From the human T2T-CHM13v2.0 reference genome, Homo sapiens: a DNA stretch of 64,000 nucleotides. Positions 39,243-53,694 of this stretch are shown here, piece by piece; position 1 is the first letter of the stretch, and each line of letters opens with the position of its first letter. Under the pieces are notes generated by a model. It was given only the letters and a program-made list of their open reading frames with translations. It was not told the origin of the DNA and ran no database searches. The stretch is from the NCBI RefSeq assembly GCF_009914755.1, contig NC_060933.1; one strand, given 5' to 3'. The position numbers and the translations under genes are program-made.

Positions 39243-42200
39243 GGGGAGAAAGCAACCAACTTAGAAAACATATTTCAGGATATCATCTATGAAAACTTCG
39301 TCAACCTCTCTAGAAAGGCCAACATTCAAATTCAAAGAATATAGAGAACCTTTACAGGATGCTAAAAAAGAAGTCCATCCCCAAGACACATAATCATCAG
39401 ATTCTCCAAGGCCAAAATGAATGAAAAAGTGATAAAGTAAGCTAACGAAAAAAGGCAGATCACCTACAAGGGGCACCCCATCAGGCTAAAAGCAGAAATT
39501 TCAGCAGAAATCCTACAAGCCAGAAGAGATTGGGGGTCTATATTCAACATTATTAAAGAAAAAAAATCTTCATCCAAGAATTTCAGATGGAGCCAAACTA
39601 AGCTTCATAAGTGAAGGAGAAATAAGATCTTTTCAAACAAACACATTCAGAGGGAATTCATTACCACCAGACTGCCTTACAAGAGTTCCTGAAAGGAGTA
39701 GTAAATATGGAAAGGAAAGACTGTTATCAGCCACTACAAAAACAACTTTAAGTACACAGACCAGTGACACTATAAAGCAACCACACAAACCAGTCTGCAT
39801 AATAATCAGCTAAGAACAGGATGAGAGGATCAAATCCACATATATCAATAATAACTTTGAATGTAAATGGCCTAAATGCCTCAAAGAAAAGGCAGAGTGG
39901 CAAGCTGGATAAAGAAAAAGACCCAATGGTATACTGAATTTAAGAGCCCCATCCTACATGCAATGACACCCATAGGCTCAAAATGAATGGATGGAAAAAA
40001 AATCTACCATGCGAAAGGAGAACATAAAAAAGCAGAGGTGGCAATCCTAATTTCAGACAAAACAGACTTTGAACCAACAAAACCCAACAAACACAAGGAA
40101 GGTCATTACATAATGGTAAAAGGTTGAATTAAACAAAAAGACCTAATTATCCTAAATATACATGCACCCAACACAGGAGCACATAGATTTGTAAAACAAG
40201 TTCTTAGAGACCTACAAAGAGACTTAGATTTCTACAAAATAATAGTGGAAGACTTCAACACCCTACTAACAGTATTAGACAGATCATTAAGGAAGAAAAT
40301 TAATGAAGATATTCAGAACTTGAACTCAATACTTGATCAAATGGACCTAATAGACTTCTACAGAACGCTCTATCCAAAAATGACAAAATGTACTTTCTTC
40401 TCATTACCACATGACACATACTGTAAAATGGAACACACAATCAGACATAAACCAATCTTCAGCAAATTTAAAAAAAAAAACACTGAAATCATACAAACGA
40501 CACTCTCAGACAACAGTGCAATAAAAAATGTGGCACATATACACCATGGAATACTATGCAGCCATAAAAAATAATGAGGTCATGTCCTTTTTAGGGACAT
40601 GGATGAAATTGGAAATCGTCATTCTCAGTAAACTATTGCAAGGACAAAAACCCAAACACCGCATGTTCTCACTCATAGATGGGAATTGAACAATGAGAAC
40701 TCATGGACACAGGAAGGGGAACATCACGCACTGGGGCCTGTTGTGGGGTGGGGGGAGGGGGCAGGGATAGCATTAGGAGATATACCTAATGCTAAATGAC
40801 GAGTTAATGGGTGCAGCACACCAGCATGGCACATGTATACATATGTAACTAACCTGCACATTGTGCACATGTACCCTAAAACTTAAAGTATAATAATAAT
40901 AAAAAAAACAAAAAAAAACCCAGTGCAATAAAAACAGAATTCAGTACAAAGAAAATCACTCAAAACCATACAATTGCATGGAAATTAAACAACCTGCTCC
41001 TAAGTGACTTTTGGGTGAACAATAAAATTAAGGAAGAAATCAAGACATTCTTTGAAAATAACAAAAAGATAAAACAAGCAAGAATCTCTGGGACACAGCT
41101 AAAGTGGTATTCAGAGGGATATTTGTAGTCCTAAATGCTCACATCAAAATGATAGATATCAAACTAAAAACCCAGCATTACAACTAGAAGTACCAGAGGA
41201 GCAAAAGCAAACAAACCTCAAAACTAGCGGAAGAAAAGAAATAACAAAAATCAGAGCTGATATGAAGGAGTTCGAGACATAAAAAAAAAAAATAAAAAGA
41301 TGAACAAATCCAAGAGTTGGATCATTGAAAAAATCAATAAATAGATATATGGATACCTAGACTTTGAAGAAAAGGAGAAGCTCCAAATAAATACTATCAG
41401 AAATGACAAAGAAGATGTTACCACTGATCCCACAGAAAAAAAAAATAACCACCGTAAACTACTTTAAACGCCTCTATGTACACAAACTAGAAAATGTAGG
41501 AAAAATTGATAAATTCCTGGACACATACATCCACTCAAGATGGAAGCAGGAAGAAATTGATCCTTGAACAGACCAATAATGAGCTTCAAAACTGAATCAG
41601 TAATAAATAGCCTACCAAAAAAAAAATGCCAAGGACTAGATGGATTCACAGCTGAATTCTAGTAGATATTCAAAGAATAGCTGGTACAAATCCTACCGAA
41701 ACTATTCCAAAAAATTGAAGAAGAGGGACTCCTCTCAATCTCATTCTATGAGACTAGCATCATCCTCTATGAGACCAGCATCATCTTCATATGAAAACCT
41801 GGCAGAGAAACAGCAAAATAAAAAATAAAATAAAAAAATAAAAAAAAACTTCAGGCCAATATCCTTGATGAACATAGATGCAACAATCCTCAACAAAATA
41901 CTAGTGAACAGAATGCAGCAGGACATCAAAAAGCTAATTCATCATGATCAAGTAGACCTTATCCCAAAGACGAAAGGTTGGTTCAATATATGCAAATCAA
42001 TAAATGTGATTAATCATGTAAACTAAAGACAAAAACCACATGATTATCTCAATAGATGCATAAAAAGCAAAAACCACATGATTATCACAATAGATGCATT
42101 CAACACTGCTACATGTTAAATAACCTTCAATAAATTTAGGCATTCAAATGACCATACTGCCCAAAGCAATTTACAGATTCAATGCTATTGCTATAGAACT

Positions 42201-43760
42201 ACCAACAACATTCTTCACAGAACTAGAAAAAAACTATTTTTAAAATTCACCTAGCCCTCAAAAAAGACCCTGGATAGCCAAGGCAATCTTAAGCAAAAAG
42301 AACAAAACTGAAGCCATCACATTATATGACTTCAAACTCTTCTACAGGGCCACAGTAACCCAAGTAGCATAACACTAGTACAAAAACAGACACATAGAAC
42401 AATGGAACAGAATAGAGAGCCCAGAAATAATGCCACACATCTACAGCCATCTAATTTTCAACAAAACCAACAAAAACAAGCAATAAAGAAAGAACTTCCC
42501 ATTCAATAAGTGTGATGGGATATCTGATTAGTCATATGCAAGAAGATTGAAACTGCACTCCTTCCTTATACCATATATAAAAATCAACTCATCATGAATT
42601 AAATACTTAAATGTGAAACCCAAAACTATAAAAACTCTGGAAGATATCCTAGGAAATGCCATTCTGGATATAGGAACTGGCAAAGATTCCATGATGAACG
42701 TGCTAAAAGCAATCGCAACAAAAGCAAAAACTGACAAATGGGATCTAATGAAACTAAAGAGTTTCTGCACTGCAAAAGAAATTGTCAGCAGAGTAAACAG
42801 ACAACCTAAAGAATGGGAGAAAATTTTTGCGAAGTAGCCTTCTGAAAAAAGTCTAATATCTAGAATCTATAAGGAACTTAAACCAATTAACAAGCCAAAA
42901 AATAAAAATAAAAACAACCTAATTAAAAAGTGGATAAAGGACATGCACAGACACTTTTCAAAAGAAGACATACATGCTGCCAACAAGCATATGTAAAAAC
43001 CTTAACATCCACTTATTAGATAAATGCAAATCAAAACCACAGCAAGATACCATTTCACACCAGTCAGAATGGCTATTATTAAAAAATCAGAAAGCAACAG
43101 ATTTTGGCAAGGTGGTAGAGAAAAGGGAACACTTACACACTGCTGGTGTGTGTGTAAATTAGTTCAGCTATTGTGGAACGCAGTGTAGTGATTCCTCAAA
43201 GAACTAAAAACGCAATTACCATTTGACCCAACACCATTACTGGATATATATTCAAAAGAAAACAAATTGTTCTACCATAAAGATACATGCACACATATGT
43301 CCATTGCAGCACTATTCAAAATAACAAATACATGGATCAACCTAAAGGCCCATCAACAGTATATTGGATAAGGAAAATGTGGTACATATACACCATGGAA
43401 TATATGCAGCCATAAAAAGAATGGAATCATGTCCTTTGCAGCAAGATGGATGGAACTGGAGACCATTATTCTTAGCAAACTAATGCGGGAACAGAAAACC
43501 AAAGACTGCATGTTCTCACTTATAAGTGGGAGCTAAATAAGGAGAACACATGGACAGAAACAACCAACACTGGGGCCTTCTAGAAGGTGGAAGGCAGAAG
43601 GAGAGAGAGGATTTAGAAAGAATACATACTGGGTACTATGCTTAGTACCTGGATGATGAAATGTTCTATATACCACAGCCTCGTGACACGAGTTTACCTA
43701 TATAACAAATCTGCACATGTACCACTGAACCTGAAATAAAAGTTAAAAGAAGGAAAAAAG
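39243..43760 (+). mobile_element. Forward segment of the same L1 (ORF1 3' half, decayed ORF2, 3' UTR, A tail)
   Basis: GEKATNLENIFQDII; endonuclease motifs (DFNTLLTVLDRS); [18 protein letters not shown]; 3' end cctatataacaaatctgcacatgtaccactgaacctgaaataaaagtt. Confidence 0.92.
40528..40920 (+). mobile_element. Young 5'-truncated L1PA (L1PA2/3-like) nested in the old L1 ORF2
   Basis: cctaatgctaaatgacgagttaatgggtgcagcacaccagcatgg; A tail; 14-bp TSD CAGTGCAATAAAAA at 40514-40527 and 40921-40934. Confidence 0.93.
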
Positions 43761-44135
43761 GAGTCTTACCTGGCTTGCATCCCGAGAAGTCAAAGTTATT
43801 TGAATCACAAGAAGGGTTCAGTGTATTGTTGCTGCCTTTGAAGACAGAAAGGGGCCACATGCAAGAACCAAAGGGTGCCTTCTAGCAGCTTGTGCAATCC
43901 CAAGTGGACATCCAGAGGAAATGTGAGCCTCAGTGCTACAATCACAAGAAACTGAATTCTTCCAACAACCTGAATGAGCTTAGAGGTGACTTTTCCCCTA
44001 GTTTCCAGATAAAAACTTAAAGTTAGCCATATCTTCAGTATCACCCTGTGAGTTCCTAAGTAAAAAAACCGGTGGAGTCTGCCTGGACTTTTGATGTACA
44101 AAACTGTTAGAAAATAATTGAGTTTAATGTTAAGT
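43761..44135 (+). mobile_element. MLT1E/F-like LTR, 3' part
   Basis: ggggccacatgcaagaacc...ctacaatcacaagaaactgaattcttccaacaacctgaatgagcttagag. Confidence 0.8.
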
Positions 44136-45003
44136 AAAAAATATGAGAAGTCAAACCTATGTAATAATTTTGTTAATTTCTACAAGTCTTTCAAATCAAA
44201 TAGGTAGGATTTTTAAATTATATATTTTGTTGTAAGGTTGTGTATTATTCTCTATATAAATAAATTCAAATTTTAAAAAACTTTATTCCAAGGGTTGGTA
44301 AAAACATATATTATTATATTGTGAAAAATGATTATAATTTCAGTTATAGTTCTCAGTTGTGGTTTTATATTTTCTTTCGTATTTTTCTTGTGTGTTTTCT
44401 ATGTGGTTTTCAAGTGTTTTTAAAGTTTTCCTCCAAACTGGGTTTTCTTTCTCTCAATCCATGTGTCCTCCAACTTTTTCAAATATCCCCATCAAATTGC
44501 CTCCCTCTCCACTTACTAATCTACTCCTTTCAACTTTTCAGTTGTTTCACACTTTTGTTTTTAGTTCATATTTTAGTATTTTAGTTTATTTATATTTTAT
44601 CTTCCTAAATAAAAAAGTTCTTCCTGGAGCATTTATTGACATTCTCAAAGGATGAACCACTTCTATAGAGCTTAACCAACACATTTACTTACAGTTATAT
44701 TCCCATATTATCAAAACTTTATACTACTCTAAACTTCTTTTTCTGTAAGTAAAAGCCAATTGGTAACTATAATTTGAATTTTCATGTAAAATGACTTGTA
44801 CAATTGTTTTGTGCAAATGTTATTTTCCTTTTTCGTGTTGAACAATAGGACCAAAACATAAAAACAACCAAATGGCAAACTTTTCTTTGACATATTTACT
44901 CTGTAAGTGGGCTATAAAGAGGTCTCATAAAACTATTTTTTCTTTAAAAAAATCCTTCTTCTCTGTATCTTCCATTTGATATTAAAATATAACATTAAGC
45001 TAC

Positions 45004-45298
45004 TTTTTTTTTTTTAGATGAAATCTCACTCTGTATCCAGGCTGGGGTGCAGTGGCACAATCTCGGTTCACTGCAACCTCAGACTCCACTCCCTAGTTCA
45101 AGTGATTCTCCTGCTTCAGCCTCCACAGTAGTGGGGATTACAGGCTCGTGCCACCGTGCCCGACTAATTTTTGTATTTTTAGTTGAGATGGGGTTTCACC
45201 ATGTTGGCCAGGCTGGTCTCGAACTCCCAACCTCGTGATATGCCTGCCTTGGCCTCCCAAAGTGCTGGGATTACAGGCGTGAGCCATCGCGACCGGCC
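45004..45298 (-). mobile_element. AluS
   Basis: T run then antisense Alu dimer ending gagccatcgcgaccggcc. Confidence 0.92.
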
Positions 45299-45759
45299 TT
45301 GTGCCTGTTTTACCTGTTATTGCTTACATTCTGTTCTCTTTACTATTTAATTCTATTCCATTTACATAGACTCAATGCCTAAATTTTATTTAACTTTGAA
45401 TCATAATTTTCTTTAATTATCCTAAATTTTCTCTGCTTTCCTTCTTGACTTATTCCTTCTGGTACTTCATTTCAATTACTAAAATTTACTTGGTTGGTTA
45501 TTGTTAACCGAACTTCTAATTCAATATAAAGTAGTTCAAAATTATGAGTCTTTATTTTTCAAAACGTTTTCTTTTCCAGTCATCATCTAGTAATATGTGA
45601 CTTTAAAATTTCATTAAATTTAGTCTATCTTTTAATTATCTTGGTTTAATGAAGGATTGTTTTAGATATATGTATTTCTTCCTCAATTTCCTTCCTTGAT
45701 ACTACTGCATTGCTTTGTGCATGTGCCCAGCTGTATTTCTTGGTATATAATTTTTTGAG

Positions 45760-45821
45760 AAGTGTGATGTAGTAACACTTCTACATAAGTGTGATGTAGT
45801 AACACTTCTACACTTCTACAT
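45760..45821. repeat. 27-bp tandem duplication with an extra short partial repeat
   Basis: aagtgtgatgtagtaacacttctacat x2, the second copy ending ...cttctacacttctacat. Confidence 0.9.
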
Positions 45822-46614
45822 ATTTCTTTTACTTCTAGTAAAAGAAATAATATTCATGAAAGGATTTTAGAAAAACTTTAAAAATAGGTAATTTAAATAG
45901 AGGTTTCAGCAGCATGCTGATGCTCCTCAGTAAGAACTAGATGGCATACATAAAGTCAAAAGAGGTTTGACTTTGACTTCAAAAACAATTCAACTAGATA
46001 GAAAGGAAATAATAGGTAATTTAAAAATTACTATAGCCATCCCACCTAAATTGAAATGCAGAAATATGTAGAATTAGAAAGTAAAGTATTTATCAAAATA
46101 TAACGGTTGATCCAAATTATTGCTTTTCTTGTCAGAAATATTCAGGAACTAGGAAATAATAGTCATTACTTTCCCAAGTCAGTTATTCTTTACGTTCATA
46201 AGTAATTGCTTATTTGCTATAGCCAATACTCATGGAAGCCTTTGTCTTCTGTGACATTGCAGATTTACAGTTCTCTTCAAATTTTTGAAGTTTTCACTGT
46301 TATATTCACTGGCTCATTTTATTTCATTATTTTGAGTCCGGGAGACATTCCCTTGGCTCAGTGTTTTCGTCTATTGTAAATTCACTTCACTCACAATTTT
46401 CACCTTTTCTTCATTTTTCATTATAATAAGTAACAGTTTCTTTGGTTTGGAAATCTACAGTCAACCTTAAGTTTACATTCATATTATTTTAATTTGTCTC
46501 TATTTCATTCCTGCTCTCATAACCCTTACCTAATCAATGTCTAAATTGTGAAGAATAAGCATTGTAGTGACAAATGTCATGCTTGTCTACATTTCTTTAG
46601 ACAATGTCTTTTTA

Positions 46615-46905
46615 TTTATTTTTATTTCTTTTTTTTTTTTTTGAGATGGAGTCTCGCTCTATTGCCCAGGTTGGAATGCAGTGGCGCGATCTTGGCTCAC
46701 TGTAAGCTCTGCTAGGTGCAGTGGCTCACGCCTGTAATCCCAGCACTTTGGGAAGCTGAGGCGGGTGGATCACGAGGTCAGGAGATCGAGACCATCCTGG
46801 CTAACACGGTGAAACCCCGTCTCTACTAAAAATACAAAAAATTAGCCGGGCGTGGTGGCAGGCGCCTGTAGTCCCAGCTACTCAGGAGGCTGAGGCAGGA
46901 GAATC
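46615..46905 (-). mobile_element. AluY with inverted 5' two-thirds (twin-priming structure)
   Basis: Minus-strand tail and 3' end (46615-46712) joined to a plus-strand 5' part (46711-46905); flanked by GACAAT(G/A)TCTTTTTA at 46600-46614 and 46906-46920. Confidence 0.88.
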
Positions 46906-47631
46906 GACAATATCTTTTTAAAACATAATTATTTGATTCCTGAATTGCCAAATCCCAGTCTGTTTTTTAGTCCTTTTCTTATTACTTTCTAAGGCATAAT
47001 AAATGTAACTACTGGAAGAAATGTATCAATGCCATCTTTGAAAATTTTTAACTATCTAAATTTGGTGGAATGATAAGATATGGATATATATATTAAAATA
47101 TTCGCTTGAGCAATGACTCAGTACTTCAGAAACAAGTAGCAGGCTTTAAAACCTGAGGAAAAGTTAGGCTTGTGTCACAACACAAACCACAAAAAATCCA
47201 AAAACAGTAAGGGTGACTGTGCAAGGAGGACAGAAAAGAAGTACTAAACCACTTTAACACTATCTTACATTTATCAGAAATAACAGAAATTATACATATA
47301 TGCTCTACCGAATTTTAAACAAAGAAACAAAATATGGTGCTTTTCTCCAGATGTTTTGGCCAGAGGACATAATCTGAATGATTTAAATTCCTTGAAATTG
47401 ACTGTGACTTGCTATACAGCCAGCATATGGTTGTTTTATTTTGTAAAATATCCTATATGCTCTTGAAAAGAATGTGCCTTCTGTTTCTAAGCCAATTCGG
47501 TTAAGCCAAAACAAAATTCTAACTATAAGATAATAATAACCGAGAATAAATAGTCACCTGCAGAGGACCAAAGCATTCTATCAAACTTTTACTGCAACTG
47601 GATTGCAAGAAGGTAATGGCATATTAAAAAA

Positions 47632-49300
<1,669 letters not shown>

Positions 49301-51239
49301 ATAGAAGGAAAACAGCTATAATGTAGAATTTTATATCCAAATAAAATGCTGTTGAACATTGAGAGCATTTTAAAAAATATTCCCAGACTCATCCTCCCTC
49401 AAGTGGTTTGCTACCCAAAGCAGGGTACTAAAAACATTTTTAGAGAAATTATTCAAACAAGAAAGTCAAATATAGATGATATGTCAAGAACTATCGGATG
49501 TGCAAATCATCTGATGTCATAATAAAATTTACTGTTATTCATTAATTTTCTTTTAAATAAATGTTTTATTGTTGTTTCACACACCTAAAAAATATACAAA
49601 TCATAAACATAGATCTCAATGGGTATATCATAATAAACATTCAATGGATATTATAAAATTAAAAAAAGTAAGCTACTATTTTGCAATAAACATAAATAAC
49701 CATGCAGGTTAGGGAATTAGCTATTACTGACAACCCAGAATTCTCCTAAACTCATTCCTAGGATAATACTTGCCTACCTTTTCCAAGTAACTAATGTCCC
49801 GACTTTCAACAATTTTCTCATAATGCTTTCTGGGTTTTCATTTTCAGATTTTGTATTCTAGTTAGTAAATTAATTCCTGTATAATTGATGTTTCTGATGT
49901 TATTGTTAGAGGTATCTTTTTTTTCAAATTTCAATTTTAGAAGTTCTTCTTTCCTTAAAAAAGAAATGCAATTGATTTCAAATATTATCTTATAGGCACA
50001 TACCAAATGTATTCATATAAGAGTTTATCTGTAAATTGTTCATTTTTTTGGTGAAAAAATATCTTAATTACTTCTCCTCAAGTTCTTATATATTTTTTAT
50101 TTCTTCTTTACTTTCTCACTAGCAATTTTGTCAGGTGTAAGGTTGAACAAAGTTGATCATAGTCAGTATCATTTTCTCATTCCCAATGTCAGTAGGAAAA
50201 TGTTCAACACTTTGCCATTACAGAGGTGTTCATCACAGTCATTTTGGAGGTAGCCTTTAATAATTTAAATATTTTTTCATCATTGCAACTTAGGTAATAG
50301 GTTTTGTCACTCATAGACTTTGGAGATTTTTTTTTTTAGTTATAGAGAATGTCATATGATTTTTGGCTTTTATTCTGTTAAGAAAAACACACTGCAGTTC
50401 TAAAATTTTGAATATTAAAACACGTTCATTCCTGTAACAAGCCCAACCTATGTTTGTGGTTTACATATTGCGGAGTTTTATGTATAATATTTAAATTATT
50501 TCTAGCTAGGTTGTAAGAGAGACTGGACTGTTACTGTCTTTTCTTCTGATGTCCTTGTCACATTTCTATGTTAAAATTATCGGTAACCTTATAAAACAAG
50601 CTGAGAAATTTTTCAATAGGGGAAATATGTAAGTAATGTTAATTTTCTTTCCTGTTAATATGTTTTGGAGAATTCTCTAGTGAAACACCTGGACCTAGAA
50701 CTTTTGTACATATATGAGAAAAAGTTATTTATTATGGATTTTAAAAATAGTTACAGGAATATTCCGATTTTTATGTCTTCTCATGTCAGTTTTGGTAAGT
50801 GACTTTTTCAAGTTTTTTACAAATTTTATTTAAACTGTCAAATATGTACTGCAATAATGTAGCTCATAACTTTGAATTTCTTTCTTCTGTAGGATCAGTA
50901 GTAATACGTTTTCTTTTTATATTACTGTGCTCCCTCCCTCCCTCTCTCTCTCACACTTTTTTTTGGTCTCTGAATTTTGTAAAAGATTATTTTAACATTA
51001 TTACAAGGAAAAACTTTTGGCTTTTTTTTGATCCCCTTGATTATGTGATTCTTTTTGAATGTATTATTTTCCATTAATATCTCTTGTATGACTTCTATTT
51101 TCATTGGATTTGGTTTACTGTTTGGTTTTCAGCTTCTTTAAATGTACCATTTTTAAGCATGTTCTGTTTTCAACCTGTGGGTATTTGGACTACTGGCATT
51201 TAATCTTTTATTCTTTGCAATATCACCATTAAGGCTATA

Positions 51240-51450
51240 GTTTTTTTAAAAAAATCAATAGCTTTAGGGCTAAAGCGTTTTTGGTTACATGGTTTATTGT
51301 ATTGTGGTGAAGTCTGGGCTTTTAATATAGTCATCACGTGAATAGTGTACCCTGTACCCACTAGGCAAGTTTCCATCCCTCCTCTGTCACCCTCCCCGCT
51401 CTGAGTCTCCAATGACCATTTTACCATCTGTATGACTTTGTGTAACCAAG
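51240..51450 (-). mobile_element. L1PB4/L1MA-like 3' end fragment
   Basis: ttggttacatgg...ggtgaagtctgggctttta...catcacgtgaatagtgtac...gagtctccaatg. Confidence 0.7.
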
Positions 51451-51501
51451 GATATCCATTTTCTTGAGTTTCAATATGTCATACATTTATTCTCATTTTC
51501 T

Positions 51502-51809
51502 TTCTTTTTCTTTCTTTTTTTTTTTTTTGAAGACGGAGTCTCACTCCGTCCCCCAGGCTGGAGTGCAGTGGCGCGATCTCGGCTCACTGCAAGCTCCGCC
51601 CCCCTGGGTTCACGCCATTCTCCTGCCTCAGCTTCCCGAGTAGCTGGGACTACAAGCGCCCGCCACCACGCCCAGCTAATTTTTTGTATTTTTAGTAGAG
51701 ACGGGGTTTCACCGTGTTAGCCAGGATGGTCTCGATCTGCTGACCTCGTGATCACCCGCCTCGGCCTCCCAAAGTGCTGGGATTACAGGCGTGAGCCACC
51801 GCTCCCGGC
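51502..51809 (-). mobile_element. AluY
   Basis: ccgtgttagccaggatggtctcgatc; 15-bp TSD TTATTCTCATTTTCT at 51487-51501 and 51810-51824. Confidence 0.96.
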
Positions 51810-53213
51810 TTATTCTCATTTTCTAAAAATATTTTCTAATTTCCATTGAAACTAATTTTGCGACTTGTGAATTATTTAGGAATATGTTGCTCGATTTTAA
51901 AATATTTGTGGATTAAGTTGTCCTTTTGTAAATGATTTCTAACAGTTTAACTGATGTCAGAAAATGTATTATTTCTATTTTCAATTATGAAAATTTGACA
52001 CGGCTTGATCTATGACACAATATAGAGCATTTGAATAAATATTAAATGTGCATTCACATTACATATTCAATTTTAAGTTTATCGAGTTTAATATTATGCT
52101 ATATATATCAATTAGATCAAATTTGCTAATAGAGATATCTAATTCTTTATTATTCTTAATTACATTTTTTTCTACTTCTTCCAACCGTGTAAGAAAAGTG
52201 GGCAAAAGTCCCCAGTATGATATGGATGCGTTATATTTCTCCCATTATTACATGCATACAAATTTTAAATTGTCACATCATGGTATACTGCTCATTTTAT
52301 CATTTTGAAAGGTATTCTTTTGTCTTAGTACTGCTTCTTGCCACTAAATTTATTTCATCTGATGTTAGTACATCTATCTCAGCTTTCTTTTGGTTATGTC
52401 AGCCTAACAGACCATTTTTACATTTTTTTTCAGACTTCTTCAGTTCTTATTTTTAATAAAACACATTCAATTACTTTTAAAATTCATTTTAGATATTTTT
52501 ATTAGCCGAGGTATGAAAATCATCTATATTTAGCTCAAGATATTTTGATTGTGGTCTACCACTTTGCTATTTTTCCATCTGTTGTATTTTCGACTTGCTC
52601 TTTCTTGCCTTTTTTCTCAATTAAGCATTTTTTCTCCAATATGCCCTTATAATCTCCTATAAGTTTAAATATCTTTTGATTTTGCCCTAGATATTATTTC
52701 ATGATTCCTTGACTTATTAGTGTCTGAGTATAAAGTAAAATTTTCATTACTTTTCTTAGACTATGAAGATCTTATAATACTTTTGATATTTTGTTAGGTA
52801 GTGTTGTTGATATTTATTTTAAATTTTATATGATGGATTTTATTTATATAGTCACTATTTATTTAGATTTATTCAGATGTTTTGTCCTTCCTTTTCTTGA
52901 TTTTATTTCTAAATTTCTACATTTACATCTAAAATAATTTTTCTTCTGCTTGAAAGACATTATTATTTAATTTGGTGTAATGTATAAATGATATAGATAG
53001 TTCCCTTATTTTTTTGTTTTCCTGAACATGAATTTATTTTTTTCTCATATTCCATAATATTTTATTAGGAATAAAATTCTAGTTACCAGTTGGCTTCCAT
53101 TTGAGAAGTCATCCCTAAGTCATATTGCCACTTTTTGAAGATAATATGCCTTTTTCTAGAACTATTTTTGAGATAGTCTCTTTGTCATTAATTCTCTAAT
53201 ATGAGCTATGTAG

Positions 53214-53694
<481 letters not shown>

